DNA of 64,000 nt from Felis catus (Eukaryota). Each line of letters begins with the position of its first letter. The stretch's first letter is position 1. Where the stretch lies: positions 24,554,001-24,618,000 of the forward strand of contig NC_058368.1 of NCBI RefSeq assembly GCF_018350175.1. Reading direction: 5' to 3'. Positions 61,559 to 64,000 of the stretch are shown here, one piece after another. The position numbers and the translations under genes are program-made. The notes beneath the pieces were generated by a model, which saw nothing but the letters and a program-made list of their open reading frames with translations, made no database searches and was not told the DNA's origin.

Positions 61559-61788
61559 TTTTTTTTTTTTTTAATGTTTATTTGCTTAGTTTTGAGAGAG
61601 AGAGAGAAAGAGAGCACAAGCAGGGCAGGGGCAGACAGAGAGGGGGACAGAGGATCTGAAGCAGGCTCCAGGCTCTGAGCTGTCACCATAGGGCCCAATG
61701 TGGGGCTTGAACTCACAAACCATGAGATCTTGACCTGAGCCGAAATCGAGAGTCAGACGCTTAACCGACTGAGTCACTCAGGCGCCCC
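61559..61788 (-). mobile_element. Can-SINE
   Basis: TSD aaga(g/t)gcagtatgtctt. Confidence 0.9.
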
Positions 61789-61977
61789 AAGATGCAGTAT
61801 GTCTTCATCCATCCCAGCGTTTGGGAAATTCCGCCTTTAGGTCTCTTCCCTGGGCTCAGGACTCCATGAAGACTTAACAGAATTCCGTAGGACTCAGGCA
61901 AAGGGCCAAGAATCCCACGGTTGCCTCTCTCCGCGGACACCTATGAGAAATCAGGGACAAAACTTAAATGCTTTCTA

Positions 61978-62150
61978 GGCGCCTGGGTGGCTCAGGTGGT
62001 TGAGTGTCTGGCTTTGGCTCAGGTCATGATCCCAAGGTTCGTGGGTTCAAGCTCTGCATGGAGCTCAAGAACAAAGCCCACTTCAGATCCTATGTGCTCC
62101 CCACCCCCCGTACTCTCTCTCTCGAAAATAAACAATTATTTTTTAAAAAT
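61978..62150 (+). mobile_element. Can-SINE (diverged)
   Basis: TSD aaaacttaa(a/t)tgctttct. Confidence 0.85.
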
Positions 62151-62849
62151 GTCTTAAAAAACTTAATTGCTTTCTTTCATTTTAAAGAAGGATTTTTTTA
62201 AATATAATTTCAAGCACAGACAACACTGACAGAAATCAAGCTGGAAGGAAAAAACTCACCCAACTCTGCCTCCTCCCAAAAAACCAAATTGTGTTCGTTT
62301 GACCCCCTTTCTCATTTGTTTTCATATGCATACATATTGTTTATAAACTTATGATGGAAAAATATACCATTGATATTCGTCATTCAACGTGCCACGGTCA
62401 TTTTTCCATTTTTTGGTATAGTTTTCGTTTTGATTACTGCAAAAAAATGTAATGCCAACAGAGGAGTAGTTACAAACACTAATTTACCGTTCCTTTTTAA
62501 ATGAGCGCTTCAAATATTTTGAAAATATTTTGAAAAATGGCACAAGCAAATAACATTCATATACGAGTGCTTTCTGCACTTGATTTTCCTCTGTGCTCCC
62601 AGCAACTCAGCTGTGTTGTTTATTCCATGTTTACAGCTGAGGAAAGAAGGCTTGGAGAGACTCTGTGGACTGTTCTCAAATACAGCGCGTGGTGCCACAG
62701 GGCAATGACTTGAGCCCAACACGAACAGCGCTTCTAGATTCCATTGGCTTTGTGTATGTTGGTGCTGACAGATTTTTACTGTTAAAGCCTCACTGCCCTG
62801 AAACTTCCACCAGCGACACAAATAGTACTGTCAGTAAGCAGAATCCTCA

Positions 62850-63071
62850 GGGCCCCTGGGTGGCTCAGTGGGTGAAGTGTCCGACTTCGGCTCAGGTCAC
62901 GATCTCGCGGTTCGTGAGTTCGAGCCCCCGCATTGGGCTCTGTGCTGACAGCTTGGACCTCAGAGCCTGGAGCCTGCTTCGGATTCTGTGTCTCCCTCTC
63001 TCTCTGCCCCTCCCACGCTCATGCTCTGTCTCTGTCTCAAAACTAAATAAACATTAAAAAAAAAAAAAAAA
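62850..63071 (+). mobile_element. Can-SINE
   Basis: TSD aagcagaat(c/t)ctc. Confidence 0.9.
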
Positions 63072-63327
63072 GCAGAATTCTCTGGCTTTCTGAGAAAGGA
63101 CCTTCACAGCTCCCTACATGAGGTAATTTTAAAACTCTGGAGAAGGCTTTTGTGCCCCCCCAAAATCTCAGACCCTGATGCATCTACTAGAAAGGCATTT
63201 CTCTGCGTTTTGGTGACCTTTTGGTCTTTTAAGAGGCCTTTATGAAAACCTCCAAAAGATGGAGAGGGATGACCAAAAAAACAAGGGTTTGCCAACCCCG
63301 GTAAGAGATTGTTTTCCAACCCTAGAC

Positions 63328-63545
63328 TATAGTGGACATCTGTTGTTTTCTTAGCTCAGCACCCCACCCCCGGTCTCATTGAATAGAATCGCAACTTCCT
63401 CCCAATGACGTGGGAATAATCATGTCAGAGTAATGTGATTATTGGTGGTGATCGCTCTGGTGTCAGAGTTGAGTCAATCAGGTCCTTCCCTGGGATTTTG
63501 GAATGCAGAGAGAAAGAGCTCTCTGTCTCTCTCTGTCTCTCTCTC
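63328..63545 (+). mobile_element. LTR16-like ERVL LTR fragment
   Basis: tatagtggacatctgttgtttt and caatcaggtccttccctgggatttt resemble recalled LTR16 consensus segments. Confidence 0.5.
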
Positions 63546-64000
63546 ATTAAAGGCTAATTTAATTGTGAAGACAAGAATTGAGGCTCATTCTAAGAAACCT
63601 GTAGAGGCACAAATTTAGAACATTTTGCATTCCATGGAAGTGTTAAATGTTAGTAATCACTCACACATCCTCATAACTTGTATACTTTTGGTTCATCATT
63701 TATTTAATAAACACTGATTGAGAGGCCATGGAAACACAGGGATGCAATCTGTCCTGTCCTCAAGAAGCTCTCAGGTTGGTGAGAGAGCCAGATGAGCAAA
63801 CAAATTATTTCAAAACATGTACTAGGATTCAAAGGACAATAAATGTGTTAGGTTCTATAACCCAGGAAGGAATTTGTAAGCATGGTCAAGGAAGAAGGGG
63901 AAACCAGCAGGGAGTCAGGTGAACTTCAGGGAGGAATTAACTTTGGAGTAGTCCTTGCTCGCTGAGTGGGAATTGTCCCATGGAAAGATGTTGAGCATGT

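Noticed and set aside
1..64000. tRNA genes, CRISPR arrays, prokaryotic or viral inserts
   Set aside because: tRNA-like A/B boxes all belong to SINE heads; no repeat-spacer array, operon-like coding density or ERV internal genes were seen.

Overview
Mammalian, almost certainly felid, genomic DNA. The evidence is about 38 carnivore tRNA-derived SINEs, many of the young cat-type SINEC_Fc form, and a carnivore-type L1. The only supportable protein-coding sequence is exon 1 of LRCH1 on the minus strand (CDS 33294->32979, 316 nt, phase-1 GT donor), inside a ~1.6 kb CpG island. Positions 1-32978 are read as intron 1 (exon 2 was not seen). Positions ~33.9-64 kb are upstream intergenic DNA with a near-perfect CTCF motif (34963-34976), an internally deleted, dead, formerly full-length L1 (45975-52418), MaLR/ERVL LTRs, MER44-type DNA-transposon relics and MIR/L2 fragments. 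Nearly all ORFs in the supplied track are repeat-derived or GC-rich artefacts. I found no convincing novel multi-gene system. The best leads are small: a CCG-repeat-encoded poly-Arg uORF and a G-quadruplex in the putative LRCH1 5' leader, a stack of SINEs inserted serially into each other's target sites, a GC-shifted patch near 6.1-7.1 kb suggestive of biased gene conversion, and a microhomology-joined deletion in L1 ORF2. Repeat family names come from recalled consensus sequences, not a database search, and boundaries of old repeats are approximate.
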